Assembly: GCA_002104905.1 (NCBI GenBank)
Contig: MCFE01000156.1
Coordinates: 1 to 64,000 of the forward strand
Reading direction: 5' to 3'
DNA length: 64,000 nucleotides
DNA from: Basidiobolus meristosporus CBS 931.73
Lineage: Eukaryota > Fungi > Basidiobolomycota
Position 1 is the stretch's first letter. Each line of letters opens with the position of its first letter. The notes beneath the pieces were generated by a model. It was not told the DNA's origin. It did no database searches and saw only the letters and a program-made list of their open reading frames with translations. Both the position numbers and the translations under genes were made by a program. Below are positions 63,703-64,000 of the stretch, one piece after another.

Positions 63703-64000
63703 GCATGGCATTGCAGCTACCAGTAGGCAGGATTACTCTGGGGCAATCTTGCACTATGTGGGCTGATCTTGCACACTATTAAACAATCTTACATAATGAG
63801 GTTGTCACAGACAATTGAGACAACTTATAATATTTATATTACATGTACAATTGGATGCCATTATTGTGGTAGGTAAAATCCAGCACTTAGATATGTATTT
63901 TTAATGTAAATTGAAATAAATGTGTATCAAACTATAAATTACACTGATACTTACAATTTTGGTAACTACCACTCCAATTGAGCTTCATGTCAATGGCTGA

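Overview
Eukaryotic DNA, most likely from an early-diverging fungus (inferred from GT-AG introns with CTAAC/CTAAT branch points and from fungal-type gene and TE families). No rRNA, tRNA or CRISPR array was found. The window has three parts. (1) 1-12.2 kb: AT-rich, CpG-depleted TE block with a 155-bp satellite split by a solo LTR, a Ty3/Gypsy gag, and a nearly intact Ty1/Copia element among LTR fragments. (2) About 12.2-32 kb: CpG-retaining gene island with GlcNAc-6-P deacetylase (nagA), a transcriptional cyclin, a secreted Ser/Thr-rich protein with a CBM19-like domain, a 3-exon cAMP-receptor-like GPCR, old DIRS and Gypsy fossils, and three small ORFs (47-62 aa) sharing the motif YHQxxxxRYRYIxLxxMxxQ. 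(3) 32-64 kb: deeply nested Copia copies, EnSpm/CACTA-like DNA transposons with CCCTA ends and head-to-head genes, and a foldback element with AGACTT ends and 3-bp A-N-T target duplications. The strongest novelty candidates are the small-protein family next to the GPCR, the AGACTT foldback element and the CCCTA element architecture. All alignments and counts were done by eye.
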